Shown: positions 40,347 to 52,960, counted from the stretch's first letter. The stretch is 64,000 bases of DNA from the human T2T-CHM13v2.0 reference genome, Homo sapiens (GCF_009914755.1 NC_060933.1), one strand, 5' to 3'. The notes: generated by a model not told the origin, from the letters alone. Made by a program: numbers and translations.

Positions 40347-42475
40347 TGCACACCCCCCATGCACACACACACCCACACATACACCACATACACCACACAT
40401 GTGTGCGCGCACACACTCATACACACATGCACACACACGCATACACACCCACACACCCCCACACTCATACACACATGCACACAAGCACACACACACACCC
40501 ACATTCATACACAGATGCACACACACCACACATGCACACATACGCATACACACCCACACACCCACACTCATACACACATGCACACACCCACACCCACACA
40601 CTCATACATGCACGCACACACACCCACACACACCCACACTCATACACACATGCACACACACATACACACACCACATACACCACACATGCGCACACACACA
40701 CTCATACACACATGCACACACCACACACCCCCACACATGCATACACCCCCACACCCCCACACACATATGCACACATACACCCATATTCATACACACATGC
40801 ACACATACGCATGCACACCCCCACACCCCCACACTCATACACATATGCACACATGCACACACCCCCCCACCCCCACACTCATACACACACACCACACATG
40901 CACACACACCCACGCACCCCCACACTCATACACACATGCACACACACCACACATGCACACACGCATACACACCCACACCCCCCCACTCACGCACACCCCC
41001 ACACCCCCACACTCACACATGCACACACACCACACAGGCACACACACACCCATGCACCCCCACACTCATACATGCACACACACGCATACATACCCCCACA
41101 CCCCCACACTCATGCACACATGCACACACATGCACACCCACACACCCCACACTCATACACACATGCACACACACCCACGCACACACGCACATACACACCC
41201 ACACACCCCCACACTCATACATGCACACACGCATACACGCCCACACACCCCCACACTCATACACGCCCACACACCCCCACACTCACATGTGCAGACACCA
41301 CACATGCACACACATACATGCACACACACATACACCCCCACACCCCCACACTCATACACACATGCACACACCACATGCACACACACGCATACACACCCAC
41401 ACACCCCACACTGATACACACATGCACACACGCACACACCCCCACACCCCCCACACATACACACATGCACACACCACACATGCACACACACACCCACACA
41501 CCCCCACACATACACACACACCACACATGCATACACACCCCCACACCCCCACACTCATACACACATGCACACACACCACACATGCACACACATGCATACA
41601 CACCCACACACCCCCACATTCATACACACATGCACACACACCACACATGCACACACGCATACACACCCACACACCCCCACACTCATACACCCACACACAC
41701 ACGCACATACACACCCACACACCCCCACACTCAGACACATGCACACACACCACACATGCACACACACACACCCACACACCCCCACACTCATACACTCATG
41801 CACACACACACCACACATGCACACCCCCCACACTCATACATGCACACACACACCCACACACCCATACACACATGCACACACACCACACATGCACACACAC
41901 CCCACACATACACGAGCACCACCTACACATGCACACACACGCATACACCCTGACACACCCCCACATGCATACACACATGCACACATGCATACACACATGC
42001 ACACCACCCACACATGCACACAGACGCATACATACCCACACACGCATACACACATGCACACACACACGTACACACATGCACACACATGCATACACACCCG
42101 CCACACACATACACACATGTATACCACCCCGATACACACATACACGTGCACACCAGCCACACACGCATACACACGTGCACAGGCTCCACACATGCCCACA
42201 CTCACACCCACATGCACACACATGCACACGTGCACACACCCCACACATGCACACAACCCACACATGCACACTCATACCCCCACATGCATACACGCCACGC
42301 ACACGCATACACACCTATACACACATATGCACCCCCCATCCCCCCACATGCACACAGGCATACACATGCACACACCCCACATACCCCCACACACTCCACC
42401 CACACACGTGCACTCGCATACACACATGCACTCACACAAACACACAGGCGCACCCACACATCCACCCACACCCCA
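40347..42475. repeat. ~2.1-kb CA/C-rich low-complexity tract, intron 18
   Basis: Recurring CACACCCCCACACTCATACACACATGCACACA. Confidence 0.98.
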
Positions 42476-43071
42476 CTGCTCTGTTGATTGCTCCCGTAAG
42501 CATGCCCTGCAGCCCTCCATGATGCCTTGAGAAGGGGCTTGGCTGTTGCCATTTATCCAAAGCTGCTACATGTATGTTCTCCAACAACCACATGGAAACA
42601 GCACAGCCATGAAGGCTGTCCCTGACTCAGCTCCAGCCCTTTTGCACGACTGATGAGCACATATTGAGCACCCACTGCGTGCGAGCTCTGAGGCTGCAGG
42701 CAGGCGGGGCTCCCTGAGGGTATGAGCGTGAGGCTGCTTCACCTGGAGCACTTGGGCTGAGGATAGCTCAGACCTCGGCTCAGTGTCCTGAGGCTGCCCA
42801 CATGTGTGGCCCTGCCTTGCGCTGCTGGGTGCTCAGTCCAGCACCCTCCTACCTTCAGGCCATCGTGGTGAGACTCAGGTGAGAGTCTGCAGCCTGCATT
42901 AGCCCGGCTGAGGCACACGTGATCTTCTAAGGAAAATTCCCCCATTCTGGAAGGGTCTTTTGAGAGCTTGGGAATCTTACTGTCAGAATTAGAGAAAAAC
43001 AAAGTGGGACCTTGGACAAGCCCTGCATGACCTGCTCAGGAGAGGCTGACGTTGACCCTTTCACTTCCTAG

Positions 43072-43125
43072 GGTGACCCTGGTCCTTCCGGCCCACCAGG
43101 ACCTCCGGGAGACGATGGAGAAAGG
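43072..43125 (+). CDS. COL5A1: Exon 19 (54 nt)
   Basis: ttcctag|GGT...AGG|gtaggt; GDPGPSGPPGPPGDDGER. Confidence 0.98.
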
Positions 43126-44015
43126 GTAGGTATTCTGCCGTCCCTCCGACTGCTCCTGCCTGCCCTACTCCTCAGTGATTTGGGCAGGAAAACCACAGAA
43201 GAGAGGCCCAGGTGTGGGATTGGCCTGCCGCATGTGGAGGGCCAGCTGGGAGAAGGCAGATGGGGATTCCAGTGGGCAAAGCGATTGATCAGATGCCAAG
43301 AGGCTGCGGGGCATTGGAGAGACCCTGACTGCAACGTTTAGTTACTCCATCGGTCCTGCTGATGGATGGAGCTCGGGGCCAGCTCTCAGCTCTCACTGCA
43401 GGATGCAGGTGCCCCAAACCCCACTGGGAGGAAAGGTGGCCAGAGCGTTTACTGAGCTCAGCGTCTCTGCTTATCTCGTCCAGATGAGGAGTTAGCTGGA
43501 GGCATGTGGGTGGCAGAAAGCTGAGATTTGGAGGAGCAGAAGAGGGTGGGGGGATTGGAAATAACCCTCTGTGGGCCTGGAGGTAGGGGAGCGAGTGGCT
43601 GTGGCCATGGGGCCAGAGCACAGGAGGGAGCTGTTCTCCAGCATGGACGCACAGGCCGGGGTCTGGTATCTGCCACGCCGTCTTCATGTGTGGAGGCGAA
43701 GTGGGATCTCTGGGCCACAGCACAGTGGGATTGGGGCATGGGATGCACGAGGCTGTGGGTTTCCAAGCTCTTCCCTGCAGGCACCGCAGTCACTCAGACG
43801 CCTTCTTTGTATGTGAGAGGTGTTTAGGGGGAAAGCTTTAAGGAGCTCTGGAGGGTGAGAAAGAGGAGCAGCTCCAGGGGCATTTCTGTCTCACCAGCTT
43901 TCAGGCTGACATGGACGGGGCACCTGCTCCTGTGTGGGCCTCAGCACAGTCTGCTGTAAGATGAGGAAGGAGAGAGGGACCCTTCTAGATGTCAGTGCTT
44001 CTTGATTGAGAGGAC

Positions 44016-44301
44016 GTGTGTGTGTGTGTGTGTGTATGCGTGCATATGTGTGGCTGTGTGCATGTGTATGTGCAGGGAGTGCACGTATCTGTGTGCATGC
44101 ATGCACGCATGGCTGTGTGCGTGTGTATGTGGACAAGCATGTGTGTATGGCTGTGTATGCATGTGCATGCACAGGGTGTATGTGTGTGCACAAGCATGTG
44201 AGCATGGCTGTGTATGCATGTGCATGCACAGGGTCTGTGTGTCCATGTGTGTGTAGGCATGTGTAGGCAGGCTGTGTGTGAGCATACATGCTTGCATGTG
44301 T
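44016..44301. repeat. TG-rich low-complexity tract, intron 19
   Basis: (TG)n start, then degenerate TGTGCATG repeats. Confidence 0.95.
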
Positions 44302-44839
44302 GAGGCGGGCGGGAAGGTGCAGTGGTGCTTTGGCGAGGGACAGTGTTTGCAAACAGCCCGTGGGTTGAAGCAGTGAGCCAGGGAGGCATTCCCTTCTGCA
44401 GCCAGGAGGAAGCCTCTTGCTGTACTTTCCAGGCTGTTTAGGACCCCGGCAGGGACACCTGGTTCCCCAGAGGATGGCCCAGGGGATCTTGTGACTCTCC
44501 CCTGATGCCCTGTCCTGCCCCAGAGGCTGTCATTCAAGAAGGTCACCAAATCCTTTCAATTAGATGCTCTTTCTGCCCAGCCTTTCCTCTGGAGAGCTGT
44601 GGCATGTGAGCTCCTGAGCCGGCATCTCAGAGCCTGCAGGCTTCACCTGCAGTGTCTGCACACCTAGCAGCTTGCTGGGAGCGAGGACATTCCAGGCCTT
44701 TCCGGCTGGTACCAGAGCTGGTAAACCTGGCGTATGTGAAGCAGCCCCAAGCCAGAGAACCCTTGTGCACCACTGAGGGGAAGCTGGTGTCCAGGCTAAC
44801 AGCTCATTTCTCTAACCTTGCCTTTTTTCTCCTCTGCAG

Positions 44840-44884
44840 GGTGACGACGGAGAAGTTGGGCCCAGGGGGCTGCCTGGGGAGCCC
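44840..44884 (+). CDS. COL5A1: Exon 20 (45 nt)
   Basis: tctgcag|GGT...CCC|gtaagt; GDDGEVGPRGLPGEP. Confidence 0.98.
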
Positions 44885-45128
44885 GTAAGTCTGTGAGCTG
44901 AGTGGGACGGTGGGGGCTCAGTGTGGAGAAAGGCTTTGTCCAAGGCTCCTGCTGGAGCAGGATCTGGGATCAGCCAGGAGCTTAGAAGAGAGAGAGCTCG
45001 ACCTGAGAACAGACGGACCTGGGCATCTCCCAGGGAAGCCAAAGAGAGGAGGCACAGGCGAGGCTGGCTGGCAACTCCAGGAGGAAGTCTGAGCCTGCCT
45101 ACAGGAGCAAGCCTGGCCCTCAAGGGTT

Positions 45129-45571
45129 GTTGTGGGGGTCCAGGGGCAGCGTGGTGGGGTCTGGGGGCATTGTGGGGAGTCGGGGGCAGTATGTGGGGTC
45201 CATGGGCATTGTGGAGGGTCTGAGGGCATCGTGGTGGGGTCCGGGGTCAGTGTGGGGTGTCCGAGGGCATGGGGGTGGGGGGTACAGGGGCATCATTGGG
45301 AGGGTCCAGGGTCAGCATGGGTGGGTACAAGGGCATTGTGGGGGGTCTGAGAGCATTGTAGGGGGTCTAGGGGCAACATGGCAGGGTTCAGTGGCACCAT
45401 AGGGGGTCCGAGGGCATTGTGGGGGGTCAAGGGAGAAGCATGGGAGGTCTGAGGTCATTATAGGGGGTCAGGGGGCGGCATGGGGGGTTCAAGGGCATTG
45501 TGGGGGATCTGAGTGCATTGTGAGGGGTCCCGGGGCAGCACAGTGGCATCCAGGGGCATTGTGGGGGGGGT
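45129..45571. repeat. G-rich degenerate ~21-bp tandem repeat, intron 20
   Basis: Recurring GGGCATTGTGGGGGGTC. Confidence 0.88.
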
Positions 45572-46827
45572 CACACACCTGAATCAGCCCGAGCTTGGGC
45601 CCGTTTCAATGGCCACCCTTCCAGAGGCAGATTCCTCCAGCAGACTCTGCCCCAGCCCTGGGCATGGGAAAGCTCTTCCCTAAGCAGACATATATTTAGG
45701 CCCAGAGCAAATTTCCTGATGGATAGGACATTAATTACTATTCATTTACTGTTGCTTTAAAGCATCTCTTTTCTCGTAGCCAAGTCAGCCCGGCTGCGTG
45801 CGTCAGGTGGTGCTAATTGATGAGAAATATAGCAGGCACTGCATAGAGGAGGCAGGGGTCGGTGCCTGCAGACTCATTTGGGACTAAATTATACCCCAGA
45901 TGTCTGATTAGCCTCTAAGGAGAATTCATGAACTCCACTCTCTCCTTAACACATGTCCAAGTAATACCTTCTGGGCTGTTAGCTTCCAAGAAATGTTGCT
46001 ATAACTAGGTATTAAAATAACGAAGGAAACATTTAAGAGGCAGTAAGTGGGGGAAGGAGTTCTCTTCTACAGAATCTGAAAAGGTTCTGTCAAAATTAAG
46101 GGCACTTGAAGTCCACGTACCTGGGGTGAAGCCTCTGTAATTCTCCGTGGGTGGGGGGTGTGAGTGCCCTGTGGCAGGCAGTTCTCCCGGAATCTCACTC
46201 CACCTGCGGTAAAGGGGAGGTTCTGCACGAGCCTCGCCGACCGGAGAGGGCGTGCCAGCTCTTGCCCAGAGTAGCGTCCTGGAAAAGATCTGTACCCCAC
46301 GCCTCCTTCTGCACATTCAGTCTTGGGGTTCCCACCAGGGACTAGTTTCACCTGGTGCTCTCCTGCCCGCACCCTCTGACCCTGTGATATCATAAAAACA
46401 ATCGTATGTCGCTGCGGAGGGGAATTCAGGAGCGAGCCGGTAATGAGGATAGGGCACAAGGGCTCCGTGCAGTGGAATGTTATAGCGTGGTGATTCTCTG
46501 GGGGAGCGTCTGCTCACCTGCCCCAGCAAGTGTCAGAGGAGCCGGTCAGCTTGAAAGCCCCCCTTTCCCTGAGGGTGCCCTGTGGTGTCCTCTCTGAGTT
46601 CTCACCAATTCCAGACACCTGCCCCTGGTTCCCAACACCAGGGTGGGGTGGAGGGAGGCAGCGCAGCAGGCTGGGAGGGAGTCTGGGCCTCACTCCTGGG
46701 AGGCCAGGAGGCCTGAGTCACCAGCTGGGGTTCTGGGTGGAGTCAGGGCCAAGTGGGCATAGGGGACAGAGAGGAGGGCTGGGATTTCTGCCCGAGTTTA
46801 AATCCTATTTTCCCTTTCCTCTTACAG

Positions 46828-46881
46828 GGGCCACGTGGTCTGCTTGGGCCGAAGGGGCCCCCAGGTCCTCCCGGACCTCCC
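46828..46881 (+). CDS. COL5A1: Exon 21 (54 nt)
   Basis: cttacag|GGG...CCC|gtaagt; GPRGLLGPKGPPGPPGPP. Confidence 0.98.
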
Positions 46882-47600
46882 GTAAGTCCCATTACCGCCC
46901 TGCTTGTCTGCCCCCATCTCGGCCTTTGAGACCCCGCCTCCCAGCCGGTGGACGCTTGGGCACTGGGGCAGCAAGTCCGTGCTGGCCCCTCTGGCGCCTG
47001 CCTGCTGCCAGTGTGAGGCGTGAGCGGGACACTGATGTTCAGACGCTGTAGACACGGCCCCAGCAGGTGTGGCCTTGCAGGTGGAGGCCCGAGGCTGCCG
47101 GCCTCACGCCTCCGCTTCACCCTGGCTGCACTTCCTCCTGGCAGACAGCATGTGCTATTTCAGTTATAAGCAGAAACCCAGGATGTCACGTTTCTTCCCT
47201 GCTAGAAAGAACTTCCAGCAGCTTCTGTGAACATTCTGGAAGGAGGCTGAAGCCCTTGATTCCAGTGGGGCTGTGTCCCGGTGGGCAGCTCCCCCAGGGC
47301 CAGGCCTGCCCCCTTCAGCCTTCCCAGCCCCGTGACCTGGTTTTCTAGAACCTGAGGCCTGCCCCGTGGAATGCTAGGGCCTGGCAGTTCAGTTAACCTT
47401 TAGCTGAGGGTTACTGGGGCTGATCAGTGGACCTCTGGGAAGGGATTTGGAGTCAGGTCCTTCCCTTCCCCAGAGAGCATCCCGTCCTCTGATTCGTCGT
47501 GGGATGGGCGTCTGAGCTGAGTTGAGTGGGATTTTCCTCTTGAGCACTGTGAGTTCTTTCGCATTCAGTTACATGTTTTTCTTCTTAAAATCGTACACAG

Positions 47601-47645
47601 GGTGTCACGGGTATGGACGGCCAGCCGGGGCCAAAAGGAAATGTG
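47601..47645 (+). CDS. COL5A1: Exon 22 (45 nt)
   Basis: tacacag|GGT...GTG|gtaagt; GVTGMDGQPGPKGNV. Confidence 0.98.
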
Positions 47646-48146
47646 GTAAGTCCCTGGGGTCCCGTGGCCTGGCTTCAGGGGCACTTTCCCTGGGCACACT
47701 CCTTGCCTGGCTAGGGAGGTCCATCGCTGTCCACATCAGCTGGGAACATGAAGGGCAGGTTGCAGACCCTCTGCTGTGGTGCCCACCCTCCAGTGGTGAG
47801 TGGCACCTGGAGACTTTAGCATGATGGGGTGACTTGGGAGTTTTCTGCCCAATAAATCATTTCTGGTCAGTTCCTCTCACGTGTTCCTTCCTGGTCGGAT
47901 GTCTGGGCATATTTGCATAAACGAGTTAGTGCTCACTCCATCAGAGTCAACCTCCACAGCCTCAGAGGCGCTGAGTCCTGGGGCTGCTCTCTGTGGTGGG
48001 ACCCGGCCGCCTTTCCCTTCCCGCTGGCATCAGGCAGTGGGGAGCAGTTTGAAAGGATGGGAGGCCAGTGAGGGGGCACACGACACCCAGGAAGGGGATA
48101 CAGTTCCCAGAGCCCCCTTCAGTGCCTTTGCTCTTGTCTCCTGTAG

Positions 48147-48200
48147 GGTCCCCAGGGAGAGCCTGGCCCCCCAGGACAGCAGGGTAATCCAGGCGCCCAG
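48147..48200 (+). CDS. COL5A1: Exon 23 (54 nt)
   Basis: cctgtag|GGT...CAG|gtaagt; GPQGEPGPPGQQGNPGAQ. Confidence 0.98.
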
Positions 48201-48456
48201 GTAAGTGAGCCTGAGAGAGGCAGCTCGCAGGGATCCGGCCGTGGGAGGCACACGTCTCCAGTCCGGAGCCCTGGGAGGAAGCGGGGAGCTCTGTCCCCTC
48301 CAAGTAGCAGCCCCTCCCCTTATCTGGAGGGAGACTAGGACCTGGGTTGGTGCCTGGATGAGGGAGACATCAATGAGAAGATGGACAGATGGCAGGGGAG
48401 GGTTCTGAGTCAATCAGCGCCCTCACCTTCCCTTTCTGGCTCTTTCTCCCTCTTAG

Positions 48457-48501
48457 GGTCTTCCAGGCCCCCAGGGTGCAATTGGTCCTCCAGGAGAAAA
48501 G
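48457..48501 (+). CDS. COL5A1: Exon 24 (45 nt)
   Basis: ctcttag|GGT...AAG|gtaggt; GLPGPQGAIGPPGEK. Confidence 0.98.
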
Positions 48502-48732
48502 GTAGGTGGGCCTGGGCTGTGTTGCAGGCCACTGCCCGCCTGCAGGTGGATTCCCTGGCCCCACCCTGGGAGGACCCCTGGTATCCACCAGCTCTCAATG
48601 TATATCTTGGTGCTCCCAAGAGACGCCAAAGCTCAGAGTGCCAAGAACTGGGCCAGAAGCATGAGGAGGATTTTGGATCCGTGTCTCATTGATTCATACG
48701 TTTATTCATTCATTCATTCTCTAGTATGTATA

Positions 48733-48879
48733 GGGGTTGCTGGATTTAGCAAGGAACAAAAATACAGGACATGCAGTTAAATTTGAACTATTGTGTATCT
48801 GAAATTCAAATTTAACCGGGCATCTTGTTTTGTTGTTGTTTATTTTGGTTTAGTCTAGTTTTGCTAAATTTGGCAACTT
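48733..48879. mobile_element. MER53-like palindromic hAT MITE, internally deleted, inside an L2-like fragment
   Basis: gggttgctggatttagcaa...ttgctaaatttggcaac termini; cagttaaatttgaa / ttcaaatttaaccg inner arms. Confidence 0.8.
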
Positions 48880-49556
48880 GACTGTATCTCCAGAGCCTAC
48901 TGTGTCCTAGGCCCTGGAACGAGAGCTGGAAGTGCTTGCCCTTCTAGAGCTTGTCGCTTAACCAGGCACAAGATAGTTCAGGTAGCTCAAAGTGCCTTGG
49001 TTGCGATCAGCAAAAACACCTCCAAGGGGCTGGTTCTGAGTGCATGAGAATCCCCGGGGGGCCTGAGAAACACAGAGGGCTGGGCTGCTGCCAGGCCTGG
49101 GACCTTCCAGGAGCTGCTGTTTATGGGATACTGAGGCTGTGGGCCTTGCACTGCAGGATGCCCTGCCCTGCCCTGGGGTGTTGATGTGAACAGACCAGGG
49201 AGGACAGGGTGGTGGGAGCACTTGAAGAAGGCACAGCACTGTAAGAGCAGAGGAGGCCAGATGATGCCCCCCCGGGCCCCAGTATGCAGCAGGTGGATGT
49301 GGAGAAGAATGGGGGCACTTGGTGGACTGATTCCGTTCCTACAGCAGAACCTGAAGGTGCTGAGAACAGTGGAGCCGCCTCCTCCTGGGCGCTACCGTGG
49401 CTGCACGCCTCACACCCAGGGACCCAGTGCCTCTGACCACACTTCTCAGCAAATGCTGTGTGGGCAGAAATGTTGAAAAGTAACCTTGGTGGCCGACGGA
49501 GAGGTCAGGTGAGCCTAGGGAGGGCATCTCCTCATGGAGTCTCTGGTTTGTTCTAG

Positions 49557-49610
49557 GGTCCCTTGGGGAAACCAGGCCTTCCAGGAATGCCCGGTGCTGA
49601 CGGACCCCCG
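49557..49610 (+). CDS. COL5A1: Exon 25 (54 nt)
   Basis: gttctag|GGT...CCG|gtgagt; GPLGKPGLPGMPGADGPP. Confidence 0.98.
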
Positions 49611-50830
49611 GTGAGTAGCCCTGCCCACCTCATCCCTCCATACTCTCCCCACCTCCACCCTGCGGATAGGGCTGCAGGCCCAGGCTCTTTGGGGTTGTTG
49701 TTGGACGGCATTGACTCATTCTGGCTCTGTTGATGAAGACCCGTTTGGTCTCCAGTTGGACTGCTCGGTCATTCTTGGGTTCTGGACACCCTTAACATCA
49801 TGGATTTTAATCAACGAGTGGCGATTGCGCGAGTAGGAATATTAGCTATTTATTAGGTTGTGCTGATTAATTACCGGAAGTCAGGCCTGCGTGCTGAGCC
49901 GTGAGGAGGGCTGGGCCGGGCTCCAGGCCATCGCTTGCGTCCCCAGGGTTGGAAGCGAAGAGGCAGGGTACGTGGTGTGTATTTTTAGTGTTCACACACT
50001 GAGAAGGGAGGTGGTGAGCAAACGCGTTTGCAGTGTGTGCGCGCACAGCTGTGGAGCCAAATTAGATTCTGCCTGGAAATAGCGAGTTGGTGACAAATCC
50101 AATCTGTGTCTAAGCTGTGTGGAGGGGGGAGGTGTGAGGAAGTAGAACACACTCAGAATGCGTGCGTGCGTGCACACGTGCGTGTACATGAGTGTGAGCT
50201 GATTTGCACCCACACCCTCTGTAAGTGCCTGCTGTGGTTTTGGTTTTGATTATTCCGTTAATGCTGAGTCTGTTTCACAAACGAGATTAGCAGAATTAAT
50301 TATTGAAGATGCAGTATGCTTTATGGTTTTAATAACACTGTTAAAAACTAAACAAGGAAGTTAAATATGTTGATGATTATCGGTGACTGCTCACCACACA
50401 GCATCCCTCAGGCCGAGTCAGTTGGCCCAGTGACTCCCACATCACAAACTGCCCTTTCTTGGTCAGAAGAAGCAGAGTGGAGCCTTCTCATCCCCACGCG
50501 CGCAGCTGTGGGGCCCCGTGGTCACCTGGCCACATGGGAGTTTGCATACTGAGTGGTTCATCTTTTCCAATGTGTTGTGTCCTTTAATTTACATTTATAT
50601 TTCATTGCCCTTTCTAATGATCAGAACAGCACATCTTGTTATAGAAAATTAGGAAAATAAATAAAATTACAGTAAAATTATAGCCACCTTTGATCTCATC
50701 TCCTGATTTAGCCATTGACAGCGGGTGGACGTGTGTCCTTCCAGGCTAGTTTTCTGTTCCCGTGCTGCTGGCTGTGGTGTCCATGGAGTATGGGCCGCAA
50801 TCTGTGGGGACAGTGGCTGGGCCCAGAGCC

Positions 50831-51015
50831 CTGCGGGGAGGAAGGGGACCTGGGTGTGAAGCAGGCCACACGAGGAAGGGGGGCCTGGGTGTGAAGTGGG
50901 CTGTACCCCTCTTTCCTTCTGCGGGGAGGAAGGGGGCCTGGGTGTGAAGGTGGCTGCACCCCTCTTTCCTTCTGCGGGGAGGAAGGGGGCCTGGGTGTGA
51001 AGGGGGCTGCACCCC
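50831..51015. repeat. G-rich ~53-bp tandem repeat, 3-4 copies
   Basis: gaggaagggg.cctgggtgtgaag occurs four times. Confidence 0.92.
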
Positions 51016-51497
51016 ACCTTCCTGCCAAGATCATTCTCTCGGCCCTCAGCTGACCTAACTTGTTCTCCCTGGAATTCCCCTCCCCATGTTGAAACCTCCA
51101 AAGAATTGGGGTCCCTAAAGAGCCTGCAGTTTCCTTTTATATTCTTTGGGGGAAGGAAAGGCCTTTAAGGTGTCCCTTCCCCAGCCCGAATTTAAAGCTT
51201 AAAATGTGAGCGTAGGTGGACCCCATTCACATGAAGGTGCTTCGAGCAAAAGGAAGCAAAGGGTAGGCCCAAAGACAGCCCCAGCCATCTCCCACGAAAA
51301 TCTGGAGGAAAGAAAAGATGTTTAAAAATTCTCCTTTGCAAAGGCAGCACATTGAGGGTAAACCCTACAGAGAGAGTTTTCTTTTTTTCTTGTTTTGGTT
51401 TTGGTTTCAAAGAAAGGAAGATTGCCTTAAAATCCATCAAGAGGTATGAGGCACTTCAGAGCAGACTCAGTGCCTAGAAATATGTTGTTGAATAAAT

Positions 51498-51860
51498 CCT
51501 GATAGCACACGCTGGGGAAATGGCTAAGTGAATTATGGCTCAGTGGAATATATTCCTGGTATCACACGCTGGGGAAATGGTTAAGTGAATTATGGCTCAG
51601 TGGAATATTACAGAGCCAGTAAGAATTGAATTTAGACAAATACTCCGTGACATGAGAAAAATGCTCACAATGTAATATTAAATTAAAAATAGATCTACCA
51701 TGCCAAGGGCGCATGCATATCTGCAGAGACGACAGATGATTCTATCATACAATTAGCCACAGCCACTCCGAGTGGTGAGGTGATGAAGGATTTTAATTCC
51801 TCTTCCAGTTGCCTAATTGTCTATGATGAACATACGTTACTTTTTTAATCAGAAAATATC
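51498..51860 (+). mobile_element. L1ME-like 3' fragment whose start carries a 57-bp tandem duplication (51498 and 51555)
   Basis: aaatggttaagtgaattatgg...gtggaatattac...gacatgagaaaaatgctcacaatgtaatattaaat. Confidence 0.6.
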
Positions 51861-52849
51861 AAATACAAATAATGTAAGCTTTATTATTTTCCCATTACAG
51901 AAGCACTGCTCATTATAGAATATTGGGAAACACACACAAGTAGAAAGAAAGGGGAAAGCGGCCCTGCCCGGCTTTGCAGGAAAATCAGTCGTGGTTATCT
52001 TGTTACGTTTCCTTTCTGCCTTTTCCTGTTCAAACATTTTTTAGTAAGGGAGCTTTGTGCTTCCCCCCACTGCTTTACTCTCATTCTCTATCTGTAACTG
52101 AAAATATACCTAAAGGAATTTGGCCTGGATGGGAATGGAGGCCGCCGTGATGCCGGCCGCTAACTCTGCTTGGTGCTCCCTGGGTGGGCGCAGTTCTGAG
52201 CCCCTTGCAAACGCTCTGTGCGTCTCCGCAGCGGCGCTGTGTGCAGATGTGCTGTTATCTCCAGCCTGGAACTGAGGAAATGACCACGTGGAGAGGCCTG
52301 GGGGCTTCCTCGAGCAGCCGGGGCTGGGTCTGCCCGGTCCAGAGCCGGGCTCTCGGCCCCCCTGCAGATCCACCCACTAGGTCCTTCACAGAAAGGTGTC
52401 TGTGGCTGATAGAAAGTGTAATAAAGGGCCACAAAGAACCCCTCCTGGCCACCCTGGACCAGGACACCCTCTAGTTGGCTCTGTTCAGGTCCAGCCCGGC
52501 CACTCTGAGGTGCTGGCGCCATGAGCCTTGTTTCCGGAAGGCGGCGTGGTGGCCAAGCACGTCCCCTCCCAGCTGGAGCAGCAGGTGAGGTCCCGCAGGT
52601 GCCTGGACTTCCTCAAAGCCTCCCTCAAGGGGAACTTTGCGCCCTCCCACTCACTTGCTGCTAGGATAGGCTGTCTGCTAGGATAGGCTGTCTGCAAAGG
52701 CATCAAACCCAATTGGACAGCTAATAAAAACTTAAAAGTCACACACGAACCATTTAATTGAGGCAACGAGACTTGGGTCTTCTTAATGCTACTGTGTCTA
52801 GAAAGAGTCTCAGATCAACGTTAGGCCACTCAAGGTAGAAGAGCATCTT

Positions 52850-52960
52850 GCCACCCTCTCGTGTTATACCTGAGGAAGCGGGAGGCCCAGAGAGGGCAAG
52901 TGACCTGCCCAAGCTCACACAGCAGGTTGAGTGTGTCCAGGAGTAGAACCCACCCTGCCA
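52850..52960 (-). mobile_element. MIR fragment
   Basis: tgaggaagcgggaggcccagagagggcaagtgacctgcccaagctcacacagc. Confidence 0.75.

Noticed and set aside
40342-42530. Very long His/Thr-rich ORFs (726, 535, 351, 321 aa) and Val/Cys-rich antisense ORFs
   Set aside because: Translations of a CA-rich simple repeat that lacks stop codons. The same artefact occurs at 9904-11040, 25292-26234, 28245-29894 and 6859-7799.
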